A stretch of DNA of 63,248 nucleotides, the filler included, from Sphacelaria rigidula (lineage: Eukaryota): the NCBI GenBank assembly GCA_964200075.2. It is 7 parts of 7 records of this genome, joined end to end, with 100 filler letters (N's around TTAATTAATTAA, not from the genome) between each part and the next. Parts side by side here need not be neighbours in the genome. Positions count along the whole stretch, not along the records: positions 1 to 8,951 come from CAXNAA020009671.1; positions 9,052 to 18,002 come from CAXNAA020009672.1; 5 more parts are not named here. One strand, given 5' to 3'. A program made the translations under genes and the position numbers. The notes under the pieces were generated by a model that was given only the letters and a program-made list of their open reading frames with translations, was not told the DNA's origin and did not search any database. Below, piece by piece: positions 1-10,977 of the stretch. Within the stretch, counting starts at the first letter, position 1. Each line of letters opens with the position of its first letter.

Positions 1-99
1 TTTTGTTTAAGGCCGGCGCCCACAACCCCCCCTTTTCCACCTAACACCAAATGTGTGTCCCCCTCCTCCCCCCCCCCCCCCTCTACCGGCGGTTCGAAG

Positions 100-218
100 G
101 CGTGCTCAAGGACACGCTAGCGCGCATCCCGGGCGAGGATGAGATGAAGGTTCAGGAAGATGTGGCCGACCTCAAGCGCATCTGCTGCAGCACGGCTTAC
201 ATGTTCATGTACTCCCAG
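100..218 (+). CDS. Orphan internal coding exon of an unidentified gene (GVLKDTLARIPGEDEMKVQEDVADLKRICCSTAYMFMYSQ)
   Basis: Poly-C tract then AG at 98-99, GC3-rich open frame, CAG|GTAGGA donor at 218/219. No partner exon recognised. Confidence 0.6.
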
Positions 219-559
219 GTAGGAGATAAAGTAATGGATAAAATCTACCTGTACCCAGGCGCACTTATATTGATGGTGTAGAGTTCGAAGGTGGATATTT
301 ATATTTTTATATATATATATATACATGCATATTATTTTGCTCTTCTTTCCACCGCCATGCTTTCATTTTGATCTCCCCCCTTTCCGTTCCTCGGGGCGGG
401 TCTGGAATTCCAAAGTTTCAAGGGATCAACCCTTCTCTTCCGCGGTGCATGTACATGCTGGCCTTCAAAGTTTGTTATCAAGGATTGGATCACGACCATC
501 AACACTCCCGCACCCCCGTCGACTCTCGTTGATTGTGCTGGTTGCGATTCTCGTCCTCA

Positions 560-741
560 CGAGTTCAACGGTGGTGAACATCTTTTTTTGTTTTCAGTTT
601 ACTCTGTTTTGTCTGTTCCTCCTTTCAGTGTTTCTCCACTTTTCTTTCGCGTGTTTCCGTCTTATGTTTTCTCGCGTACGTCCATCTTATGGATAATGAC
701 CACGGCTGGATCATGACTCCTGGGGAATCAGTTCATGTGCG

Positions 742-805
<64 letters not shown>
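560..805 (+). mobile_element. Probable non-LTR retroelement 3' end with (AATC)n tail
   Basis: Pyrimidine-rich tract ending ...GACCACGG...GCGAC then about 15 AATC units (743-805). A related end (GACCACGA...ACGACAATCAATC) lies on the opposite strand at about 917-1200. Confidence 0.5.
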
Positions 806-916
806 CCAGATTCTGCTCAAAGTATCGTATCTATCGGGGTCCGAACCTGCACCTTGCCGCCCACACTGGCCGGTAGTGTACAATTTTTAATTTAGAACAC
901 CGGGGCGCGGCGGAAT

Positions 917-1200
917 TGATTTGATTGGTGGATTGATTGTCGTACTACCTTAACTAATCGCTTAGGAATCCGTTCGTGGTCGTAAGGCATACGTGTAAGG
1001 TAGAGGAGAATGAACACACACTTGCTAAACAAGAAACTCGAGGAAGGACGGAAACGAAAACAGAGGGAGAGGTTGAGAGGACAGCGAGTGACCTGCCCGA
1101 AGAGGAACAGAAAACAACAGTAAAGGAAGAAGGAACACAAGGAAAGAGGGGAAAAAAAATGGAAGGTGATAAAAGACGAAAGTAAGTGAAAGTGAAGAAT
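917..1200 (-). mobile_element. Second probable retroelement 3' end with short AATC tail, tail-to-tail with the first
   Basis: Minus strand reads a T/C-rich tract ...GACCACGAACGGATTCC...GTACGACAATCAATCCACCAATCAAATCAA. Confidence 0.4.
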
Positions 1201-1514
1201 AAATCCTTGCATTGTTCGGGCATTCCAACACCCATGTGTATATACATACCAGCTGCAAGCACTACGGATTGACACTGTGATCGAGACAGTCGTGCACATG
1301 TAAGTGGGGGCAGGGCGTATCTGTTTATCCCCACTTTCATTCGGAGTGTCATTTGCTGATCCTGGACACTTATGTTATTTTTTACTCTATTTTTGATAAC
1401 ACGCACACACCTCTTACGTGAGCAAAGTAGGGTACACCTCTAATATATGCTTCGAAGCATCGCATGCTTCGAAGCATCGCACGTGTGATGCCACCCCGAC
1501 CACTTCACTTTCAA

Positions 1515-1515
1515 G

Positions 1516-1546
<31 letters not shown>
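1515..1546. repeat. (GTT)n/(AAC)n microsatellite
   Basis: About 10 perfect GTT units. Confidence 0.95.
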
Positions 1547-2400
1547 CCACTGCCGTAATTATAAAACCCATGTTTTGTGCTTTCATCTGATTTGTTTCGC
1601 TCCCCCCCCCTCCCTGTTGTCTCTCCGAAATATACCCGCATTTTGTATATGTGTTCGTGGCGCAGCAACTGCTTCTGGATCTTGAGCACGGCTCCCTGCG
1701 CGAGTTGTTTTCCCCGGCCCGAGCAGCTGACGGTTGCGTCGCGAGCAATTCGAAAAAGAAGGTTCGTGCTCCTGTTCGTACTTGCGTATGCTTTGCGTTT
1801 TTTCTGTCATGCACAAGTGCAGGAAAGGATAACCTAGTGTCACCTTCTGATGGTGAGTGCGAACGTAAGTGGCCATTTCCCAGTAATTCCTCCATATTCA
1901 CCCTTGGTCGATTTTGATCGATTGACCTTAGTTTGCCTTTTGACCGCCAACCTTGGTCATCTGGTGGATGGACATCGTTTCACTTGAGAAAAAAATGTGG
2001 GACCCAGATAATCCATTATTGCGGTCACGATGTTGGTCTCATGAATAATCCCGCAGCGGTCAAATATACATTCAAAACTTCGCAGTTTGAATAGGGGGTA
2101 ACTTGGGAAGTGCGGGATAATTCCACACACCCAGCGTGACTTCAAGGGCTGCCCGAAATCATGTTTTTTTCGGTAGTACGCGTGGGATACCTCGAGCACG
2201 TGTGAGGAGGAGGATTTGTCCCTCATCTGTCGCGAAATTCGCATGTTCAAAAAAACATGTGTTTGGAACATCCTTTGTTTCAATGTGGACTCAACCAATT
2301 CGGATCTTGTAGAGACTTCCAGCCCTAGGTGCCTCGCCAGTGCGCGCAGCAGGCGTTTCCAGTCAAATCGGAACCTTACCTGACTCGGATTGCGGCGCCG

Positions 2401-2503
2401 ATAGGCCAGGGCTAGGGCTGGGGCCAGGATAAGGGTTGGGGTTGGGGTTAGGATGAGGGTCGGGCAAAGGGCTAGGGTTAGGGGTGGAACTAAGGTGAGG
2501 GCG
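2401..2503 (+). repeat. Degenerate interstitial telomere-like hexamer tract (TTAGGG variants)
   Basis: CCAGGG CTAGGG CTGGGG ... TAAGGG TTGGGG TTGGGG TTAGGA TGAGGG ... CTAGGG TTAGGG. Confidence 0.7.
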
Positions 2504-2645
2504 AGATTTTGACGGGAACATGTGTTTATTAACGTAGAATTTCGGCGACGGGTTGGAGGTGAGCATTCCCCTTTGCGACAGTGACTCCGAGACACGCGGG
2601 GTAGCTCCAGGATTGCACGGGCGGAGTCAGGAAACAAGAAACGAT

Positions 2646-3005
2646 GTGTGTGTGTTGTGTGTCGTCGTCTCATCTATTCTGGACGCCGGTCTACACCTTT
2701 CGGTATATATGGGCCACCAGCCGGGGTCACACAGGAGGGAGGTCAACACAGGAGTTTTTCCTTTTGTGTTTGATTTAGTTCTCGACCTTCCTCTTGCGGT
2801 GCTTGCCTTTGTTTATGATCGCGAGAGGTGTCCAGCAGTCCCTTTCCCTCGTCGACCATGAAGTCGAATTTTGTGTACCCACGACATCGTCGCTCTCCAC
2901 TGTTGGGCATGGTGTGAGAAAAAAGCCCAGATCGACCCGAGATACGAACCCACGACCCAACCGTTAGAGGGTTTCGAGGTTACCGACTAAGCCACCGGGG
3001 CGACC
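2646..3005 (-). mobile_element. tRNA-derived SINE, full length, (CA)n tail
   Basis: Minus strand begins GGTCGCCCCGGTGGCTTAGTCGGTAAC (A box) ... GGGTTCGTATCTC (B box). Body matches the copies at 41131, 41781 and 62719. Confidence 0.85.
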
Positions 3006-3747
3006 GGCAGAGTGCGTGGGAGAAACAGTGTTCTTTGTAGGTACGCTTTTCTTGCTATCTCGACGAACTGTACTTCCAGTTCTTTATCGCCCCGTTCGAT
3101 ATCCGATATTGATGATACGTACGTACCTGATATCGATAAGACACATTTCGAAACCTTTTTCTTCTCTATTGTACCGCAGTATTTCCGTGAAAACAGTAGC
3201 AATAGCACTTCCGAGGTCGTCCATCCTTGTGGAGGAGTACAGCCTGTACCAGAAGACGGTGATTTCATAGTCCACCAGTCCTGCTGCTATACTATGCTGA
3301 AATACTCAGCGTGTGTAAGCAGGGGAATTCCTCTCTCCCAAGTATGGTATGTTTGGTCATTTTCCACGGGGCAGTCGGATTTTGGTTCATTCTGAGCATA
3401 TATGCATGGACCGAAATATGTTCGCTGAGAATAACGTCGCTCGAGATTCCACGTCTGGGCTACTTACTGTACGCTGCTTGTTTCTGCACAAGTACCCTGT
3501 ACTCTAGTCAATCACCCAAAACATTTGAGGTAGACTAACCCTTTTCAGGCTGGGCCTCCAGAACGACCGATGAGCTTGGTTGGGAATGATGTGTCTGGCG
3601 TCTGCACGAAACAGCGGCTTCATGTTCCCGAAAATCCACGTACGTGAGCGCAGGATCAGGAGGCTGACCGAAAATTTCATCCAATCTATTTTCAGGTGCA
3701 GGCACAAACTGTAATTCGGGTGGGGTGCGCATTAGGTAGTGTACATA

Positions 3748-4353
3748 CTTCGTCTGTGCCATAAGTAAAGTCCGTTATGGGCATCTAATCGTTTGCGCAT
3801 TTCAACGTTGACGATCATTCTATGGTCAGATTCGATACAGAGCTAAAGCGCAGACGAAGCTCGTGAAAAAAAAAAAACGAAAAAAAAAAACTTGTTTTCA
3901 TCACTAAAATAATGTCGAAATATACCCCATTTTGACCCATTTTGATCCATTTATACCCCATCATTGACCGATTTTGGATGTTTTCACATCGAGTACTAGC
4001 AATTGCATGCTAAGAAAATGTTGGATCGGGCGTGCGTAGGTTAAAATCACGGACATGTCAAAAATCAATGGCGGTTTTGCGGTTTTCACTTTTGTGGCCC
4101 ATTTTTCGCGATTTTTCGTGTTCCCGGGTCTCTCATGCTTTCCTGGGAAAACGAGCGAAAAATGACCGTTTGCGGACCGACCTACTTTTTCTCGGCCGCG
4201 CAGCTGCATGGGTCAAGCACCCACGTTGTAGAAAAAATATTGGTTTTAGATGAAAAAAACGCCTACCAATGCAATGGAAAGATCGAAAGTCAGATATCAC
4301 ACCGTTAAGGGCCCGTGTAATCATAACGGACTTTACTTATGACACAGAGGAAG
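3748..4353. mobile_element. Stowaway-like (Tc1/mariner) MITE
   Basis: 32-bp TIRs CTTC(G/C)TCTGTG(C/T)CATAAGTAAAGTCCGTTATG with 2 mismatches, flanked by TA on both sides, no coding capacity. Confidence 0.85.
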
Positions 4354-5297
4354 TATAATGTCACAAGCAGTATGGGTCGCCGTAGAGAGCTTTCAACAGG
4401 ATGTGGCGACCGGCGGGCCGCCCGCCACTTGTGGCTTTGGATTATATTATTGTCCCCATCACGTTGCCACACAACCCTTTGTGGTCAGGGTGGGCCACGA
4501 TTTCCGTCTCTGTTGCAAGCAGCAAATTCTTTCGAAGGGGATTTGAGCGTTGCGGCGCGCATACATACAGTACATGCAGTGCAGTACGCCTCTCCGACTG
4601 CAGCAGCAGCTGCCGCTGCATACTCCCTTGCACGTTCTGGGCAGTTCTCAGCTACCGGACCAAGTGCCTATATCCCGCTTCTTCATCTCCGCCCACTACG
4701 TGCATGGTCACACGACTAAGGCAAGCAACAAATGAGTACGCCCCCCCCACTACGTGCATGTCAACTGCACACTGCAAGGCATCGGCAAAGGGATAGGCAG
4801 GATTCATGACGATAGCTCCTTTTGTCTTTCCACGGCCAACCTTGGTTTAGTGCCTCGTTAAAAATGACCACATGGTGGCATGTACACTCCTTCCCGGTTT
4901 TTCCAACTCCACCCTGTGTTAGTGTAAATGACTACGTTTTAGTACAGGCTGGCGAACCCAAAAAACTCCCGGGAAACCCCAGGAACGGTATACTGAATGC
5001 ACGTAATACGATAAGCTTTACTCCGAACATCCTGGCTTTGGAAACCTGGGAAGGCTTGTCTGGGTCAGGGATGGGGCCCAGCACACGATATTGCAGTGAC
5101 ATTGCGCGCGGCAACAGTACCCGCGCTGGTCGTTCGGGTCTGGTCGATAAATTTCGCCTCGCCGTGATTGGGAAGGTCGCTCCCTGACTTATTTTGTCAT
5201 TATTTCGCTAACCCATGGTCAACCCCGTGTTAGTGGGGGGTCGGTCCCAAAAGGGTTCAAGCGTCTAGTCTTGCACAGTAATCTTTCATCGGTCTGG

Positions 5298-6295
5298 CTA
5301 TTTTGGGGGGTTGGAATACTTGTAGCTGATGCACGAAGAGAATCCCCCACCACCATGGCGGCGGCGTGAAACCTCCATCGTTGTCGCCGTCGCGCTTGTG
5401 GTTCTTCTTCTGACCCCGTCAATTGGATGTCGCGGGAGTCCACCTATCTTCATCTTTGTCTCCGTCGATGGTGGCGCGGGGATGAATGTTGTAGGCGGCG
5501 CGGCGCGAAGCGCCGCAAAAAGTTGGATGACCGCGGCAACGTAAGTTTGGTGGTTCCGGTGATTGCCAATGGTAGTCTGTAGAACCGGTTGGCCCAAGGT
5601 GAGCACCGGGACGCCCTCCTTGGAGATTAAGCCGTTCTGGTCGACGTAAACCCCCACAGCATAGGACATTCATTGTGAGGTCAGGGCCCATGCGTCACGG
5701 GACGAGAAAGCCACTCTCGTTCTTGGGACACGAGTTGCAAGTCTTGCGCAGAAACGGCGCTCGCCACCGAGCTAACTCCATGCGGTGGCGGTGTCGGGGG
5801 CGTAGTGGGGGCGGCAGCGGCCGCGGCAGACAACGTCCTGTCGGACTTACGTGGAATGACGTAGGTCGATCCGTTGGGCGTTGGCAGGCCGGTTCTGAGC
5901 AAGTGATTGGCGGAAGGCGGAGAGGCTTGATGGTCGGATAAGCGCGTCACCGACTAGTCTGCTGCTTGAGCCGTCCGCCGAACATGATCTTCGAGCTCGC
6001 GGACCCGTCTCTGGGCCGCCATGGCTGCAGTACGGACCTCCTGCAGCGCTCGTTGCGCCGCCGTGATCGTGGATTGGGCGTGGGAGGCCTGCCGCTGAAG
6101 GTCCTTGAGCGTTTCTGCGTGCTCCGCGGGCAGCGGCGGCGTCAGCGTCACGTTGCTGACCAAGTATGTCCTGTGCCAATGCAGGCTCCTGGGATGCACA
6201 ACCATCGATGAGCTGCGGCTGTTCCGCACGGGGTCGGTTATCCCTCCGCTCGGCGACGAGCACTGCCCCACCGGCCTACCTTTACGGCTGTTCAC
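5298..6295 (-). pseudogene. Broken GC-rich ORF with coiled-coil segment, possibly retroelement gag/ORF1 relic
   Basis: Successive minus-strand ORFs (AETLKDLQRQASHAQSTITAAQRALQEVRTAAMAAQRRVRELEDHV; Pro/Ala-rich; SYAVGVYVDQNG...) interrupted by stops and frameshifts. No diagnostic motif. Confidence 0.3.
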
Positions 6296-6410
6296 AAACC
6301 GACCCCGTGCGGAACAGCCGCAGCTAATCGATGGCTGTGCATCTCAGGAGCCTGCATTGGTTCAGGACATACTTGATCAGCAACGTGACGCTGACGCCGC
6401 CGCTGCCCGC
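6126..6410. repeat. Long inverted repeat (114-bp arms 6126-6239 and 6297-6410, 57-nt loop)
   Basis: Arms are reverse complements with only scattered mismatches and no obvious indel. Confidence 0.9.
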
Positions 6411-7077
6411 CTCCTTCTGGCGGATCACGCAGAAAAACTCAAGGTAGACAGACGCAACACCTACATATGAATAGGAGGGTCTGGGGCCGCCGGGTTGTTG
6501 CCGCCGCATGTGGTATGACATGTGCGGAGGTCTTACAATCCGTAGCTGCAGCAACTGGTCTGAAACCGCAGCGATTTCCCCATCGCTTAGGTCGACGATA
6601 TCGATACGTGCGGTGGTAAGGAGGTGTTGCAGATGGAGGCCTTTTCGTGATGGAGCCTTCGGCAGATACAGCTGCGAGTGTTACGCCGTATGCTGCAGAT
6701 GTCCCGGAACTTCTACCCGCCTGCTAAATCATGTACGTAGACTGCTACATCGCCGTACTCCTGTGATTTGATCTGTTATCTATTACGGTGGCGTATAGTT
6801 AATATAAGTACATGCATGGGGAAAAAGAACTGCACATGAGTGTGACACCCCCACCAAACACCTGTTTCGTGGCGCTACCGAACACTTCAAGCCAGCTGTA
6901 GACACTAATATATTAATCTCACCGCAACACATACATGAAATAAAACCAGTTCCAATAGACAGCCCTGAACCAGACGGTTCGAACCATCCGCTTAGATTTT
7001 CAGTCAGCGTCCGCAATCTCGAGATATGGGCATTTGAAGAGGGGCACCTCGGTTAAACGACCATCCGATTTGGCCTA

Positions 7078-8460
7078 AGGGTAACATGGATATTAAGGCA
7101 TAACTTATTACGATGGTATTATTTTTCGTTTTTTACCCCTGATGCGCGATGATGTCCTTATTGATGCGGTTTTTGTAGCCATCGTCTGTTATAATCCAAA
7201 CACAATGGACGATTCTACTGTGGAATGTACGTTCAACTTGTCACCCAGAGCCAGCCCAAGGGTAAGGGCCTGTCTTGGCACATTAATTTCCGATCGAAAT
7301 TGTGCGGTGGAAAGCAAGAATCCCGATCTGATAGGTCATGATTTCAATCATCTTCAAAATCAACGACGATGGTTGGAATTACGACCTATTAGATCGGGAT
7401 TTTTGCTTTCCATCGCACAATTTCGATCGACAACTAATGTGCTATGGCAGGCCCCAACGTCCAAAATCATGGGTATTAAGGCATAACTCATTACGGAAAT
7501 ATATATATGTATATATATATATATATTTGTTGAGACCACACATGTATGAGCGTAATGACATCGAGGTACACCTGTAACCGGAGAAACAGTCTCAGGAACG
7601 GCGTCTGCTAGTGACACACATGAGCGGACCCGAAACATTCAAACCTGTAAAACTGGATCTTCGGCAACCCAGGCAAACCGGATCTCCGGTACAAGAGCCC
7701 AATATAACGGGGTCACCGCATGAACCCTGGTGGAACGTAGCCGGTACTACCGTACCACCTCATTCACTTCTTCTTCTCCTTGCCTACCATCGGTCACGGC
7801 TGCATCCTTGCCCAAATGACAAGAAAGAGAATTACGCCTCGCTCTGGAGATCCTTCGGCAGCAGGATACGACATCGTTCTTCTTCGGGACCCGTGCCTCA
7901 CCCCTAGCGAAGCCTGTCTCACATATTTTCCCGTTTTTGGTTCTCCTGAGTGACACCCTCATGAATGCGGTTCTTTGAAGCCATCGCTTTTTACATCCCA
8001 ATCACATTTGCCGATTCTACTGTGGAATATTCGTTCAAAATTTTACGCCGAGCCAACCCAAGGGTAACGTCCAAAGTCATGGATATTACGGCATAACTCA
8101 TCACCGAAAATATTTGTTTTTCGTTTTTTGCTCTCCTGCGTGGCAACCTTACTGGTATCGTTCTTCTACCCCATCGGTTGTTATATTACAACCACAATTG
8201 ACGATTCTGCAGTCGAATATTCGTCTAACTTGTCACCTCGAGCCAGCCCGAGGGTAACGTCCAAAATCATCGATATTGAAGCATACCTCATGACGGAAAT
8301 ATTTTTGGTGCGTTATTTTTCTCCCGCGTGACACCCTCGTTGATGCGGTTCTTCGAAGCCATCGGCTGTTGTCTTTCAATCACAAGTGACGATTCTACAA
8401 CGGTGAAATATTCGTTCAAGGGTAACGTCCAAAGTCATGGATATTGAGGCATTACTCACT
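7078..8460 (+). repeat. Diverged ~190-bp tandem repeat, interrupted by two insertions
   Basis: Anchor GGGTAACGTCCAAA(G/A)TCATGGATATT.AGGCATAACTCA recurs at about 7079, 7261/7455, 8062, 8252 and 8420. Confidence 0.8.
7266..7454. mobile_element. Tourist-like (PIF/Harbinger) fold-back MITE
   Basis: GGGCCTGTCTTGGCACAT...ATGTGCTATGGCAGGCCC, palindromic along its length, inserted at the TAA of the 190-bp repeat (TAA left, CAA right). Confidence 0.8.
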
Positions 8461-8951
8461 ACAAGATTAGCCAAATCTCATGAGAGGGTCACCTTTGTTA
8501 CTCTCCTTCACTCGGATGTAGACTACTCGTACTTTCTTCTTCCGACTTTTTTTTTCTCCTCTTGGTATTTGAATCGGCGGTGCTAAATAACCCTGAAGGT
8601 TTCTTCGGCGTCCGCTGGATCTGGTGCGTGGTCGTTTTGCGGGGCATTTGGTGGTGTCGGCGGGGACGTTTTGGGCGTGGCATGTCCTGATTACTGTGTG
8701 CTAGCATGCGTCGGGGTTTGGCTGCGCAACTCGCTCCAGGACTGGAAGTTTGACGCAGCTTTTCGACACGTTTACACACGCAGTTCGTTCGGTTTCAGGC
8801 GGGTGGTGCATCGACGCTTTTTCGCCTCTTGTTACATATACTATACCTGACACTTTCCATGATTCCCCCCCCCCCCCCCCATGAAGAAAAAAAAACAACC
8901 CAAAAGTGTTAAAAAAAAAAATGGCCAAACAGCCCCTGATTTTGGGCTCAA

Positions 8952-9051
8952 NNNNNNNNNNNNNNNNNNNNNNNNNNNNNNNNNNNNNNNNNNNNTTAAT
9001 TAATTAANNNNNNNNNNNNNNNNNNNNNNNNNNNNNNNNNNNNNNNNNNNN
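8952..9051. other. Artificial 100-nt contig spacer (N44-TTAATTAATTAA-N44); identical spacers at 18003-18102, 27053-27152, 36103-36202, 45152-45251, 54201-54300
   Basis: Directly visible. The linker gives stop codons in all six frames. Confidence 0.98.
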
Positions 9052-9104
9052 CGCAACTTTCACGAAATCGTCTCTTTCCAGCTCGACTGCTTCTTCCTAT
9101 CCAC

Positions 9105-9352
9105 GACTGCTGCCGAGATAGCCCCCCCCCAAAACCGGCCGAAAACGTGCACGGAGGCGATGATCATAACTGCCGTTGAAGCTGGTTTCATGCTGCACGA
9201 CGCGACTGAGTTGGGCGTTATAGCTGATTTCGCACTGCTACACGCCTTTCATGTGGGCGAAATTTCTGCAAACGAGCCCAACAGTGTGATCGCAGCCGGT
9301 TCGTTGGATGGTGCCGGTGCACTTTTGTGAGGGGGCTATCTCGGCATTAGTC
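9105..9352. mobile_element. MITE with GACT...AGTC termini and 4-bp TSD CCAC
   Basis: TIR GACTGCTGCCGAGATAGCCCCC / GGGGGCTATCTCGGCATTAGTC; CCAC at 9101-9104 and 9353-9356. Confidence 0.85.
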
Positions 9353-10699
9353 CCACCTGCGTCCGCCCCATGGTGTCTGAATTCCTCGCGCCTTGGTTTT
9401 CCTTTCGTCAGCTGAGAACGAAATAATCTGGGCATCGGATTCTCGGAAGTGTGAATCGCCTCGCCCTGTCCTGTCGGCACCAGAAAAAAAAATCCTGTCC
9501 GCCCTAATCGCTAACCCAACGTGGGGCAGGCGACGGTGTACGTTTTCACTCGCTGGTTACACGCTCGCAGTTGTCCTTCCCTCCGACGATCAGCTTTCAA
9601 GGCGACCACATAGGTCCGTCTCTTCCGATACGGTGCGCCCACCTGCACGGCTGATACTGAGGCCTGCTCAATGAGACCCCCAGCTCCGCTCAACACGGGG
9701 CAACGAACTCGTTCTCACCAGGAGAGCGCACTATCACAGCAGTACTCTCCAAGATCAGCGTTGTCACAGAGGTTGGTGAGACGAATGACTCGACCAACTT
9801 TTTGACGACACTGGCTGATGCTGACTCCGGCTCGGCCCACTCAAATGCTGCAACCCGATTTGTATCCCCTACCAACACTTGGGGTTGCACTTCTTCCACA
9901 AAGTTGTGGAAGGAACCGCGCCCCGGACTCGTATGTACCAGCCTGACTCCCTCTCCAATCTGATGTACTCCAACACAATCCAACGCCTTCCAGTCCGCAT
10001 CAGTGCATCACTTCTACGAACTCTTTGGCTGCCAAAATACTTCCTCCACCTTCAACTGGAAAAACCCATTCACTAAATCAACACTCCTAGAGTACTTGGA
10101 TTCTGCTAGCCCACTATACATGGTCTACATATCCCCCCAGCTGCCGCTGTACGACTCAAGAAGTTGGTTCAGTCCACGATAATCTTGACATAGTCGTAAA
10201 ACTACCGTCCGTCTTTCTTTCGAACCCTGACCCAGGCGGCTGCCCATGCTAGCGTCGATCGCACGTAGCCCGGGACTAGCTTGCTAGTCAAACCTTCTGA
10301 GCTCACGTCCTCCGATAGATGCAGCAGCCACTGCAGCGTAAGTATCGTCCTCCACGTCACTCCAAGGCTTTTCCTCACCTCATTCGATGCTGCCAGTTCG
10401 CTCCGACCAGACAACCTTACTGTCAAGTCGTCACCAAGCGCGCTTGGCTTGACAGCACGGAAGAGGTTCAATGTTGCTGAATCTCCTTGGCTGGTGAGGT
10501 GGTCGGTGTCAATAGCTCCGAGGTTTTTGGGGACTATTAGATACGAACCATACTCTCGGCGCCTCCGGCGAAAGCCGAAATCTCGATCGCCCTTCGAAAG
10601 ATGACGTGCTTTTGTCTCTCCTGGAGAAACTCGCTGCCTAAATAAATCCATATGGTAATCCATGGACCACCCGGACCCATACCTTTACTAAGTTATCCT

Positions 10700-10977
10700 T
10701 TGTGCGGAAAAGAATAGGAATTACCGCTGACCCTAGAATTTTCATCTGAGGTATCTTACTGTTACTAGGGTTAGCAGACCTCCAAATTCGTTATATTGCC
10801 CCACGTTACCAACAACCTCCACCACTGTTTCGATGCATAGCTCCCCCCCCCCCGCCCCGGTGCCCAGTAACACCGTTACTGGTGAGCGGTGGCTACTTTT
10901 GCTGTGGTGCCAACTTCAGCTTGTACCCACAGCTGCTGTGCATCGTTCCTACTCGCTTCGGCTAAAATGGCGTTCGA
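10700..10977 (-). pseudogene. Gypsy-type aspartic protease relic
   Basis: Minus strand encodes QQLWVQAEV...PVTVLLGTGAGGG(S)YASKQWW...ANPSNSKIPQMKILG, matching the retropepsin pattern LLDTGA...AN...MxILG with D replaced by G. Frameshifted. Confidence 0.6.

Noticed and set aside
4932..5114. Possible reverse-transcriptase fragment (FGVKL...IPFLGF)
   Set aside because: No YxDD or other RT motif found nearby.
8996..9007. Recurring TTAATTAATTAA motif as a biological signal
   Set aside because: Always centred in a 100-nt N run; assembly linker.
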